64,000 bases of DNA from Candidatus Anderseniibacteriota bacterium (GCA_040900375.1 JBBDZC010000015.1:8366-72365), one strand, 5' to 3'; shown: positions 9,390 to 18,514, counted from the first letter of the stretch. A program made the numbers and translations. Notes: a model not told the origin generated them from the sequence alone.

Positions 9390-10331
9390 ATGGCGTTACC
9401 CTCTCGTCCCCTTGGCAATAACTCACTCTTTGTTTCATTGCTCGGTTTAGGCACGGTTGAAATCGGGCTGCCGTATGGCATTGGCGTGAGCGACTTGCCG
9501 AGTGAAGCAGAAGCTGAACGGATTTTGAGAACGGCAGTCGAGCTTGGTATCACCTATATTGATACCGCTCGCGGCTATGGGGTGGCGGAGGAGCGGATTG
9601 GAAAATCGGGCGTAGGTAAGTTCCCGGGAGTTGTTATCGGCACGAAATGCGCGCAGTTTTTAAAACAGGAACCAAATCTACACGGAATGGAACTGGAGCA
9701 AAGAATCCGCGAAGAAGTTGATGTGAGCCGTAAGAATCTTAATCAAGAAACCCTGCAATTACTCCAGCTCCATATTGAGTTGGCCAACTACATTGATTAC
9801 CGCGAACTCATAGAGATTATGCAAAAATTGATTGCGGAAGAAAAAGTCGCGCATGTCGGCATCGCTACCCGTGACGAAGCAGGGCCGCTTAATGCTTTGC
9901 AGAGTGATTTCTTTACCACAGTGCAGACCGCCTACAACATTTTAGACCAACGGATGGCTAAAAATGTTTTGCCGAAAGCTCAAGAAAAACATGTTGGTAT
10001 TATTAGTCGCTCCGTGTTACTCAAAGGGGCTCTTACCCCCGCCGCCCAGAAACTGCCAGAGGTACTCGCGCCACTCAAAGAAAATGCTCAAAAAGCGGCA
10101 AAGATTGCCCAAGATGCCGGCCTTGATTTACCGGCTCTAGCTCTACGATTTGTCATCTCCAACCCCGCTGTTTCTACCGCGCTCATTGGCACAGTCACCC
10201 CGGCGCACTTACAAACGGCAATTGCCGCTACTCAAGCCGGCCCACTTCCGCCTGATATCCTCCAGGCCCTCTATGGCCTGGCGATTAATGATCCGGCGCA
10301 AGTCGATCCGGCTAACTGGCCGCTAGTTTAA
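9390..10331 (+). CDS. Aldo/keto reductase
   Basis: LGLGT, IDTARGYG.AE, GTK, YNILDQR, ALRF...NP.V...LIG motifs. Confidence 0.92.
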   Translation: MALPSRPLGNNSLFVSLLGLGTVEIGLPYGIGVSDLPSEAEAERILRTAVELGITYIDTARGYGVAEERIGKSGVGKFPGVVIGTKCAQFLKQEPNLHGMELEQRIREEVDVSRKNLNQETLQLLQLHIELANYIDYRELIEIMQKLIAEEKVAHVGIATRDEAGPLNALQSDFFTTVQTAYNILDQRMAKNVLPKAQEKHVGIISRSVLLKGALTPAAQKLPEVLAPLKENAQKAAKIAQDAGLDLPALALRFVISNPAVSTALIGTVTPAHLQTAIAATQAGPLPPDILQALYGLAINDPAQVDPANWPLV

Positions 10332-10403
10332 AAGAGTGTGATTAAAGAAATAGCTCTCACAAAAACCGCAGTTTCGGCAAGAGCTTATAGTAGGTGGCTT
10401 ACT

Positions 10404-10811
10404 CTACTCTACCCCAAAGATCTTTGCTTGCAGCGGCGCCAGGACTTTACTGCGAGGGAGCAAGTCTCTGATAACTGTAAAGCGAGGGTCACGAAAATCA
10501 CTTGGGTCAAGTCCTATTTTCTCTAAACGGAAGTAGAGTCCACTACGCGTTAAGCCAAGGCTGCGACTAATCACGTTTATTTGAGCACCTGGCTGTTGGC
10601 GATACTCGATCAGTATTTTTCGCGTCTGAACAAGTCCGCGAAGGAAGTGGTGTACATCAGTAATCAGCTCTGCATTACCAGCCATAAAGGCTTTTCTTAG
10701 CTCACTACTAGCTTGATGATACAGTTGACCTATGGCTTTCTGCTCTTCCCCCCAGAAAGTTTGTACGCTTTCCTCGTATGTCACAAATGAACCACCTTCG
10801 TCTTTGGGCAT
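10404..10811 (-). CDS. Hypothetical protein with a Fis-like HTH
   Basis: SRSLGLTRSGLYFRLEKIG resembles a Fis-type HTH. Confidence 0.55.
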   Translation of the reverse strand: MPKDEGGSFVTYEESVQTFWGEEQKAIGQLYHQASSELRKAFMAGNAELITDVHHFLRGLVQTRKILIEYRQQPGAQINVISRSLGLTRSGLYFRLEKIGLDPSDFRDPRFTVIRDLLPRSKVLAPLQAKIFGVE

Positions 10812-10954
10812 AATAGGAACTCCCTTACAATTTAAAGTACGCTTTCGAAGTGCCTACTCAAAAGATGTAGGGCTTTAGTACAAAGAACCCCTTCGTATTA
10901 TTACCATACTGGAGAAGGATCTACTATAACAACCTCCTTAACCTTTTTTAACTG

Positions 10955-11085
10955 GGCGGGTGGCACGGTCAGGTTTTGTCTCGCTCGGCATCGTTTCCGG
11001 AGGGTGCCACCCTGAATTTATGAAGGGTGGGACGGCCGGAACTAGATGCAAGCCGAGTACAAAACCTGCCGTGACAGGACCCGCC
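10955..11085. repeat. Long imperfect inverted repeat (family E)
   Basis: GGCGGGT/ACCCGCC, CACGG.CAGGTTTTGT/ACAAAACCTGCCGTG, TTCCGG/CCGGAA and CCACCCT/AGGGTGG nested pairs. Confidence 0.7.
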
Positions 11086-11856
11086 TTACCACGCCGTCCA
11101 TCCCCCATCCACCACTAACTCCGCTCCGGTCATATAGCTGGCCGCGTCTGATGCCAGAAAAACGAGTGGTCCACCCACTTCTTCTGGCTTGGCCATGCGC
11201 CCCAGGGGCGTGCGTAAGCCGTATTGTTCCTGGAAGGCCGCGTCGTGCTCCTTGAAGACACCACCGAGCGTAAGTGTATTAGCGCGAATGCCTTGGGCGC
11301 CGTAGGTAGTAGCCAGCCATTTGGTGAGCATGCGCACCCCACCCTTAGTAATCGCGTAGTCCACAGGTTTTTGCGCGCCCGCCGGATAAATCCGCTGATC
11401 AGGCCCGACCAGACCATAGATTGAGGAAATATTAATAATGTGACCCTGCCCGGCCGACAACATGTGCTTAACCGCCGCTTGGGCGACAAGCGTATAGCCC
11501 AGTAAATTGACATCAAGGCTCTGACGCAGCAGCGCGGGCGGATAATGCTCAAAAAGTTCTTGGTTCTGCTGGACCGCAGCATCAAACTTAGGATCAATGG
11601 CCGCGTTATTAACAACGACATCAAGATGCTGATGCTGGGCAACAACGGCGGCAAAACCCTCGGCAATAGATATGGGACTAGTGACATCCATGGTGATATC
11701 CGCCTGCTTTGCAATGTCAGTGACTACGACAGTGGCACCGGCGGCCGTAAGCGCGTGAGCAAAATGCTGGCCTAAAAAACCAGCACCGCCGGTAATGAGA
11801 ATAACTTTCTGGCTTAAGTTAAAAGGATGATCAGTCATGTAAGATCCATTATCCAC
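11086..11856 (-). CDS. SDR family oxidoreductase (PtmA-like, nonulosonate cluster)
   Basis: TGGAGFLG, NNAA, NISSIYG, YAITKGG motifs. Confidence 0.92.
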   Translation of the reverse strand: MDNGSYMTDHPFNLSQKVILITGGAGFLGQHFAHALTAAGATVVVTDIAKQADITMDVTSPISIAEGFAAVVAQHQHLDVVVNNAAIDPKFDAAVQQNQELFEHYPPALLRQSLDVNLLGYTLVAQAAVKHMLSAGQGHIINISSIYGLVGPDQRIYPAGAQKPVDYAITKGGVRMLTKWLATTYGAQGIRANTLTLGGVFKEHDAAFQEQYGLRTPLGRMAKPEEVGGPLVFLASDAASYMTGAELVVDGGWTAW

Positions 11857-11871
11857 GACCCGAAAACGGCT

Positions 11872-12510
11872 CTACTCCCCCAGCACCGCATCAATTGCCG
11901 CTTGTAACCCCGACAGGCTGTACTGCCCCGTAAATTGGACATCATTGATAAAAAGCGAGGGCGTCCCTTGTAGACGCAACGCTTGTGCATCCACTAGATC
12001 TTGTCGGACCGCTTCCCGGTGCATCCCTTCATCGAGCGCTCGTTTAAATTGTTCGAGTTGCAAGTCCACCGTTTGGGCATGCTCTTCCAGGCCACTGCGA
12101 TCAAGCTTATTTTGGTTCGCAAATAAGACATCATGAAATTCCCAGAATTTGCCCTGAAGCTGTGCCTCGACGGCCGCTTCGGCCGCCAGTTGCGCGTGTT
12201 CATGAATTGCCGTTAGAGGAAAATGTCGGTACACGAAGCGCACAGGCTGTTCGGCATTGTTTTTCTTTAACTCTTGTAAGATCGGATGAAGCGCGCCACA
12301 CGCCGGACACTGAAAATCCCCAAACTCTACGACGGTGACTTTCGCATCAGCTGGCCCAAGTACAGGATCATCCGCGCGCACTAAACGCTCGGGCTGGTCA
12401 ACCGGGGCTTGCGGATCACGCGTGCCGCTGCCTGCCAAAAAAGCGCCGCCAATAATAATCAAGAGAGTGAGCGTCAGGACGCCAGCTAAAATCTTAGTCT
12501 CGCTTGTCAT
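11872..12510 (-). CDS. DsbA-family thiol-disulfide oxidoreductase
   Basis: N-terminal TM segment, EFGDFQCPAC, RHFPL, GTPSLFIN. Confidence 0.92.
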   Translation of the reverse strand: MTSETKILAGVLTLTLLIIIGGAFLAGSGTRDPQAPVDQPERLVRADDPVLGPADAKVTVVEFGDFQCPACGALHPILQELKKNNAEQPVRFVYRHFPLTAIHEHAQLAAEAAVEAQLQGKFWEFHDVLFANQNKLDRSGLEEHAQTVDLQLEQFKRALDEGMHREAVRQDLVDAQALRLQGTPSLFINDVQFTGQYSLSGLQAAIDAVLGE

Positions 12511-12910
12511 AATCATTGGTAGACAGTGTACTCCATACCAAGGCAAAGGCAACCAGCGTTAGCACCGCACTTACCACACACCAGCGGCACCACGCCTCAA
12601 TCACAAACGCCTCCAGGTAGGTCAGCCAAATAGAAACAACCAGCCCAATGCCAGTCAGCAGAAGCAGGGGAAAGTGGAGTCGGCGATACCACGGCGGTGT
12701 CCACAAAATAGCGGACACGCCCAGCAAGACATAAAAAATAATACCGTAGAGGGGAGTGGGTAAACCAAAAAGGTGGGCATAGGCGCTTCCCCGGACCTCC
12801 TCACAGCCGCCGCTCCCGCAAAGAATAGGGCCGCCACTGGTGTAGGTAATATAGAGGTAGCCGGAGATGAGCAGGCCCAAGATGGCAATAACGAACAAAG
12901 CTTTACGCAT
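12494..12910 (-). CDS. Vitamin K epoxide reductase (VKOR) family protein
   Basis: C....GC..V..S, four TM helices, WCRWC active site. Confidence 0.92.
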   Translation of the reverse strand: MRKALFVIAILGLLISGYLYITYTSGGPILCGSGGCEEVRGSAYAHLFGLPTPLYGIIFYVLLGVSAILWTPPWYRRLHFPLLLLTGIGLVVSIWLTYLEAFVIEAWCRWCVVSAVLTLVAFALVWSTLSTNDYDKRD

Positions 12911-12919
12911 GCCTGAAAA

Positions 12920-13729
12920 TTACTGTGCTCGCTTGCGCACCACGACTACCATACCAGTAGCCGCCAGCCACGGGGAAATAGCCGTCAGTACCTTTTGGAC
13001 CGCCCGGCCTGCCATGTTGAGCTTATAGGGCTCGGCTCCCCGGAAGATACGCCAGTCAACATACAGTCCATAGTGGCCATGGCTTTCGGGCAATTCGTGC
13101 GGACGCGTTTCAAGAACTTCAAACTGGGCCACCTGCAGACGCCTAAGGAGAGTCGCCCGGACAAACAAATAATGGGCAAAGGTTGGCTTTTCCCCTTGGC
13201 GGGTTTTCAAGAGAAACTCTAGACGCTTGAGAGGAATGTAGAATAAGCGCCGCAAAATATTAGCCGACGGCACTTCCATAAAAAAGATACCGCCCGGTTT
13301 TAAGACCCGATGTACTTCCCGCAACGCTTGCGGCATCTCGTCTTCCACGTATTCCAGTGTGCCGATGGCCAGCACACCGTCAAAGTACTGGTCGGGATAC
13401 GGTATCTGGGTAATAGACGCCACTTTGACCCTGATATCCGGATCATATTCTGTCAGGGCTCGCACCGTTCGCGCCGCCGTATCAATCCCTTCCACGTTAT
13501 ACCCCTCATCGCGCAAAAACAGGATCCAGCCCCCGATCCCACAGCCGGCATCTAAGTACTGCCGGCCGGGGCGAAAATATTTTTGCAGCAGCGGCCAAAA
13601 ACCTTGCTGCCGAAAATCGTCGGTACTTTTGCCGGCAATATGTTCGCGGGCATACTTATCTTCCCAATAGCGATCGGGATCAAAGTTCGCGGGGTAGAAT
13701 TTATGAATCTTGTACATCACCTTTTTCAA
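12920..13729 (-). CDS. Class I SAM-dependent methyltransferase
   Basis: LDAGCGIG, FDGV, RVLKPGG motifs. Confidence 0.9.
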   Translation of the reverse strand: MKKVMYKIHKFYPANFDPDRYWEDKYAREHIAGKSTDDFRQQGFWPLLQKYFRPGRQYLDAGCGIGGWILFLRDEGYNVEGIDTAARTVRALTEYDPDIRVKVASITQIPYPDQYFDGVLAIGTLEYVEDEMPQALREVHRVLKPGGIFFMEVPSANILRRLFYIPLKRLEFLLKTRQGEKPTFAHYLFVRATLLRRLQVAQFEVLETRPHELPESHGHYGLYVDWRIFRGAEPYKLNMAGRAVQKVLTAISPWLAATGMVVVVRKRAQ

Positions 13730-13747
13730 TTAAAATTTATCTCTCCC

Positions 13748-15628
13748 TTACTTCATGTAGGGCTTTAAATGCTCGAGAGCTTGTAAGAACCCGCGGCCCC
13801 CATGTAAATGACCCTGCCAAATTTCCGGTACCATAGTGTAGGCGTAGCCTTGTAAGGGCTGCAAGGTGGCGGCCCAATCAATAGTACCACTGCCGATCTG
13901 CAAACCCTCGTCACCTACCCCCGCCCCATCGGCCACGTGCAGGTGGCGAATATAGGGCTTGAGCAGCGTGATCATTTCTACCAACGACACGTGGGCCACA
14001 TTACAGGCTAATGCCGCGTGCGACGTATCAAAACACATATTATATCCCGTGGCGTCTAAGAAGGCTTTAATTTCCGGACCAAGCAGGAAAATATTCGTCA
14101 CCCACTCTCCCCCAAACACCCACGGCCGCGGCGGTAAATTTTCTGGCAGCAATTCTACGTCGGCAGCGCGTAGCTGCGACAGAGTATCAGCAAAGATATC
14201 TAAAAACTTTTGCGGGTTCTCGACCGGCTTTAACGTTATGCCACCCGGATGAATAATAAATGAGGGTTTGCCTTGAAACGACTCGGCTAACCGCCGTGTG
14301 AGATCAATACTCCGCTGCAGTGTTGTAATTGCCAGCTGGCGTTCTTCCAGGTCCTCCGCCGCGGGGTTTAAGTAATGGCGGTGCATATACTCGGGCGCAT
14401 GGACAACGAGCTGCTGCGGATATTTGCCCGTCGGCAACGTTTCCTCTAAATCTTTATCACTCAAATGAAATTCAAAGAGCGCGGGCTGATACGGCAAATA
14501 CTGGGCAAAGTCGTTGAAGCGCACGACCGGCCCCCAGGCCCAAGGAATAGACGAACCATCAAAAGCCTTCAACTCTTTAACGCTCTTAATATCATCAAGA
14601 GTCAGCGCATCCCCCGCAAAAATATCTCGCTGGGCGACAATCCCTACCACGTCATGCATGCGCTGGGGCGACAATCCCTTGGCTGGGCTTTTAGTGGTGA
14701 GCATGTCGCGTGTTATAGTCGTGCCATCAGCGATAAAACGAGCCGCCACAATACTTTTAGCGAGCAGCTCTCGATTCATAATTTCTCCCCGCGAGAGCTG
14801 TTTTTGGGGCTGGCCGATGGCTTGCTCCACTTCCCGAATGCCGGTCACCATGGCCGCAAACTCGGCCGGCAACAGGCTCGCTTTATGATCTGGACCTTCG
14901 AGGTTTTTATCAACGGTCAGGTGACGCTCAATAATGCAGGCCCCGCGCGCTACAGCAGCAATCGCTACGGCTATTCCCCGCTCGTGGCCGGAGTAGCCAA
15001 TGGGCACCCGGTAGCGCGCTAATTTCTCCATGAAGCGCAAATTAATTTCATCGAATGGCGCTGGATACGTGCTATTGCAATGCAGCAGCGCAAAATCAAT
15101 ACCCAGCGTGCGTAGGAATGCCACCCCAGTGGCAATTTCGGGGGCTTCACTCATGCCGGTTGAGACAATCATGGGCTTTTTAGTCCGCGCGATGTATTCC
15201 AATAATTCATTATTGGTAAAATCCGGAGAGCCAATTTTATAGAGCGGTACATGCAGCAGCGCCTCAATGACATCACAGCTTTTTTTATCCCAGGGGTTCA
15301 CCATAAATAATATGCCCCGCTCCTGGGCATAGTGTTCCAGCGCCACAAAGGCTTCATCGGGCAGTTCAAATTCTTGCAGTAAGGGAATTAAGTACTGATA
15401 CTTTTGCTCGGCGCTATTGGGGTTTTCTAAAATCTTACTTTGATACACCTCGGCTAAGTTTCGCTTCTGGAATTTCACCGCATCGGCGCCCGCGGCAACC
15501 GCCGCATCAATCAACGCTTTGGCGCGCTCCAGGCTGCCATTGTGGTTAATGCCGGCTTCCGCAATAACAAAAGTCGGCTCGCCCGGGCCGATTTTCCGTG
15601 CTCCGACTATAAGGGGGGTCACTGACAT
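13748..15628 (-). CDS. neuB: N-acetylneuraminate synthase family protein (NeuB + SAF) fused to a xylose-isomerase-like TIM barrel
   Basis: IAEAGINHNG, DAVKFQKR, LHCNSTYP, GYSGHE, IERHLT, GPDH; C-terminal ENLPP, FDTSH, HLHVAD, PEIWQGH. Confidence 0.92.
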   Translation of the reverse strand: MSVTPLIVGARKIGPGEPTFVIAEAGINHNGSLERAKALIDAAVAAGADAVKFQKRNLAEVYQSKILENPNSAEQKYQYLIPLLQEFELPDEAFVALEHYAQERGILFMVNPWDKKSCDVIEALLHVPLYKIGSPDFTNNELLEYIARTKKPMIVSTGMSEAPEIATGVAFLRTLGIDFALLHCNSTYPAPFDEINLRFMEKLARYRVPIGYSGHERGIAVAIAAVARGACIIERHLTVDKNLEGPDHKASLLPAEFAAMVTGIREVEQAIGQPQKQLSRGEIMNRELLAKSIVAARFIADGTTITRDMLTTKSPAKGLSPQRMHDVVGIVAQRDIFAGDALTLDDIKSVKELKAFDGSSIPWAWGPVVRFNDFAQYLPYQPALFEFHLSDKDLEETLPTGKYPQQLVVHAPEYMHRHYLNPAAEDLEERQLAITTLQRSIDLTRRLAESFQGKPSFIIHPGGITLKPVENPQKFLDIFADTLSQLRAADVELLPENLPPRPWVFGGEWVTNIFLLGPEIKAFLDATGYNMCFDTSHAALACNVAHVSLVEMITLLKPYIRHLHVADGAGVGDEGLQIGSGTIDWAATLQPLQGYAYTMVPEIWQGHLHGGRGFLQALEHLKPYMK

Positions 15629-15712
15629 AGGGGTATGTGTAGTATAGCACTGGTCTTCTGTCCAGAGCTTCACTCACTGCCACTTTTTTCAATTTATTTG
15701 TCCAGTGGAACC

Positions 15713-15757
15713 TAAAAAAAGAGCCCAGTGCAAAAATTTTCGTTTTGCAAAGGGCTC
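15713..15757 (-). terminator. Stem-loop/intrinsic terminator downstream of the DGR-target-like gene
   Basis: GAGCCC..TGCAAAA/TTTTGCA..GGGCTC followed by a T7 run on the minus strand. Confidence 0.7.
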
Positions 15758-15809
15758 AAGGACCAAGACCAAAGGATCAACCAAGACCCGAGGGAACAAG
15801 ACCCAAAGA

Positions 15810-16403
15810 TCAACTTGCGAGAAGGACAGCCGGGCTCCGCGAGCCCCAGCCACCGCCGAGCCAGCCGTCGCCCCAGAACCAGTGCCCGCTCTCGAAGCAC
15901 AGAGAGCGCACGCAGAGGTCGCCGTCAGCGTCCCGGTAGATGGTGCCCCAGAAGTAGATGTAGAGGGTGTTGCCCTGCTCATCCACCTTCCACTCGTCGG
16001 GGACGAGATGGGGATGCCGGATCAGGTAGTCGAGGACGTTCGCGTTGAGCACGGGCCGTTCCGCCAGTTCCCGACGCAGCTTGTTGCCCTCGATGGACTT
16101 CTCGCCGCGCTGGTTGTCCGACAGGTAGAGTGACAGCTTGGACGGATCCCAGGAAAACTGGCCGCCCTTCTTGTGCTCCTCCACCTTCCAGTCCTCGTAA
16201 GGCAGAAGGGGGTCGGCGTCGCAGTCGATGACGTGCTTGGCCTGCGTCAGCCCGGCGTGACCGCGAACGAAGCAGAGCAGTTGACGGAGCTTTTCCTCGC
16301 TCTGCGCCAGGACGGTGAAGTCCTTGGGCTCGAAGCCCGCCTTGCAGGCCGTGAGGACCAGCTCGTGAGCCAGACCAACGCTGATGTCAGACGACGTAGC
16401 CAT
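15810..16403 (-). CDS. Putative DGR target protein with a C-terminal variable region
   Basis: SD AAGGAG; C-terminus IYFWGTIYRDADGDLCVRSLCFESGHWFWGDGWLGGGWGSRSPAVLLAS encoded by adenine-poor NNC codons. Confidence 0.75.
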   Translation of the reverse strand: MATSSDISVGLAHELVLTACKAGFEPKDFTVLAQSEEKLRQLLCFVRGHAGLTQAKHVIDCDADPLLPYEDWKVEEHKKGGQFSWDPSKLSLYLSDNQRGEKSIEGNKLRRELAERPVLNANVLDYLIRHPHLVPDEWKVDEQGNTLYIYFWGTIYRDADGDLCVRSLCFESGHWFWGDGWLGGGWGSRSPAVLLAS

Positions 16404-16600
16404 GCTACACATCTCCTTGGTGGTGACACATCCCGGAACAACCAGGACACATCGATGAACGAAGCAACTGTTGCTCTTCAAGAGAGCAGGCTAGGCCACC
16501 CTAGGCTTTGCCACAGCAGAAAAAGCCCTAGAAAGACACTCTCTGCCGTGGCAAATATCGCAAGTACTATTGAAAAGAACTGCCAAAATACTAACTTATA

Positions 16601-16629
16601 ATTATACTCCTATTTCCTCACAATGTCAA
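16601..16629 (-). promoter_or_regulatory. Consensus sigma-70 promoter
   Basis: TTGACA-17 nt-TATAAT on the minus strand, upstream of the DGR-target-like gene. Confidence 0.85.
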
Positions 16630-16729
16630 CCCCGTTAGAGCCAGGCTGTCTCGCCAGAGCCTTTTAAGGTGAAGCGCGGGCTCGCCTCGCCGAAGCCTTA
16701 GGCGAAGGGCGGGTCTCTAATGGGGTCAA
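16625..16729. mobile_element. Palindromic element, family B, at the cyclase 3' end
   Basis: GTCAA direct repeats; terminal inverted ACCCCGTTAGAG/CTCTAATGGGGT; internal CGCCGAAGCCTTAGGCG hairpin. Confidence 0.75.
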
Positions 16730-17422
16730 AACCGCGCGGACAGGAGCGCCATCGAGATCCACCGCCAAGGGCAGGCAGAGTAGTTCATAGTCTCCTGCTT
16801 CCACCTCTGCCAACCACAATCCTTCGATAATTATAATCCCGGCGTCGAGTAACATTTTATGGACGGTATCGCGAACACCTCTTTTCTTGACTGACGGCCC
16901 GTCAATACCGACGAGTTTTACTCCGCGCGCGACCAGCTCTTTGGCCGCACTTTCTGCGAGTGCCACAAAGTCGGGATCAAAAATTTCGAGTGAACCGGCA
17001 GAATTACTAGTTTTAAAGAGCACGCGCTCACCGGCAACCGGCGGTATATCGGCTGCGACAATAGTGTCAGCAGTGGCCGTAAGATCAATCACGACGCAGC
17101 GTCCACATAACTGTTCTAATGAATACATTGCCGTACCATGACCCCTGGGTGTTATGTGAGCCGGGGCGTCAATGTGGGTACCGGTATGAGAACCTAAAAT
17201 TATTTGCGTTAATGCACTCGAGGTAGCTGAAGCTTGCGCATGCGGTGTTAGGTGCACCGGAGGATTGCCAGGGTAAATAGCCAGGCGCTCATTAATCGGC
17301 CGGGTGATGTCAACCCATTCGGCGCCCCGGTCTTTTAAGACCGTGGTTTGCTTAGGGGTTGACTCTGAGCGTTTATCTTTGCCCTGAAGGGCCGAGCTGG
17401 CGCGAGTCGAAGAGTCAATCAT
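16664..17422 (-). CDS. Cyclase family protein (kynurenine formamidase-like) with repeat-derived N- and C-terminal additions
   Basis: HTGTHIDAPAH, VGIDGPSV, H..LL..GI.IIEGL, LPL..DGAPVRAVL; ATG at 17422 coupled to the gnd stop. Confidence 0.9.
   Translation of the reverse strand: MIDSSTRASSALQGKDKRSESTPKQTTVLKDRGAEWVDITRPINERLAIYPGNPPVHLTPHAQASATSSALTQIILGSHTGTHIDAPAHITPRGHGTAMYSLEQLCGRCVVIDLTATADTIVAADIPPVAGERVLFKTSNSAGSLEIFDPDFVALAESAAKELVARGVKLVGIDGPSVKKRGVRDTVHKMLLDAGIIIIEGLWLAEVEAGDYELLCLPLAVDLDGAPVRAVLTPLETRPSPKASARRARASP
17309..17418. mobile_element. Palindromic element, family A, diverged copy, in frame within the cyclase gene
   Basis: GTCAACCCATTCG...GGTTGACTCT...CCCTGAAGGG...GCGCGAGTCGAAGAGTCAA; net 105 nt. 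Confidence 0.85.
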
Positions 17423-18317
17423 TTTTTCCCTTAACGGCATGTCCTCCAAATTCCCGGCGCAGCGCCGCAATTAACTTAGCCGAGAAGGCCTCGGGAGTGC
17501 GCGAATCAAAGCGGGCATATAAGGCGGCCGTATTCACCCAGAATGGCACCGCCGCTTCCACGGCCGCGCTGACTGACCAGCGCCCTTCCCCACTATCCTC
17601 CACATACGCTGCAATGTCCTGTAAGTCTGCATCACGCGCGAGCGCCTTGGCAGTTAGTTCCATGAGGAATGAGCGAACAATGGTGCCTTGGCTCCAGAGT
17701 TGCGCCACGGTGGCGAGCGGAATGTCGGGAAAAGGACCAGATTTAAGAAGCGCAAACCCCTCACCAATGGCTTGCATCATGCCGTACTCGACTGCGTTAT
17801 GGACCATTTTTACAAAATGGCCGGCACCGCTCGGCCCCACGTGCGCAAAAGCCTCGGGGGCATGTAATGCCGCAAAAACTTCTTTTACGGCGACGATGTC
17901 CTTATCCTCCCCACCCACCATTAAGGCATAGCCGTGCTCGGCCCCGGCTACTCCGCCGCTTACCCCCGCGTCAATAAAGCGAATGCCCCGCTCTGCCAAG
18001 ACTACTGCACGCTGGCGCGTTTCTTTGAAAAAACTATTACCCCCATCAATGACAGTATCGCCAGGTTCTAGGAGCGGCGTGAGCGCGGTTACCGCTTCGG
18101 CAACCGCGGGAGCGGGAACCATTAGCCAGACGATACGCGGCACAGTAAGGGCCATAACCAGACTAGCCAGCGAGTCAACCGGGCGGCCGCCGTGGGCGAC
18201 AATATCTGCACGAGCTGCTGCGGCCGAATCAAACGCCTGCACCGTATGCCCGGCGGCAGCCAGCCGCCGTAAGATGCCTTTACCAATTTTACCTACGCCG
18301 ACTAAACCAAGTGTCAT
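17415..18317 (-). CDS. gnd: 6-phosphogluconate dehydrogenase (decarboxylating, short YqeC type)
   Basis: IDGGNS, DAGVSGG, GAGHFVKMVHNAVEYG, DSGEGRW, ALRREFGGH. Confidence 0.95.
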   Translation of the reverse strand: MTLGLVGVGKIGKGILRRLAAAGHTVQAFDSAAAARADIVAHGGRPVDSLASLVMALTVPRIVWLMVPAPAVAEAVTALTPLLEPGDTVIDGGNSFFKETRQRAVVLAERGIRFIDAGVSGGVAGAEHGYALMVGGEDKDIVAVKEVFAALHAPEAFAHVGPSGAGHFVKMVHNAVEYGMMQAIGEGFALLKSGPFPDIPLATVAQLWSQGTIVRSFLMELTAKALARDADLQDIAAYVEDSGEGRWSVSAAVEAAVPFWVNTAALYARFDSRTPEAFSAKLIAALRREFGGHAVKGKND

Positions 18318-18514
18318 GTTTACCAGCCTACTACAGAAATCGCTTGGAGGTAATTCCCTAGCACCCTAAACACTATCGAGCATAAAAGAGCTATACTGTA
18401 TCGTATGTCTCCCTTGGCTAATCACGTAATGCTTTTCGGCAGTTTTTTTGGCACTGGCCTAGCCCTGGGATTCTTACTGGCCTACACCCTGATCGTGTCG
18501 GGGAGAAAACGTCT

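Noticed and set aside
15689-16601. Several overlapping alternative ORFs around the DGR-target-like gene
   Set aside because: Shadow frames caused by high GC; only the minus-strand ORF has an SD, promoter and terminator.
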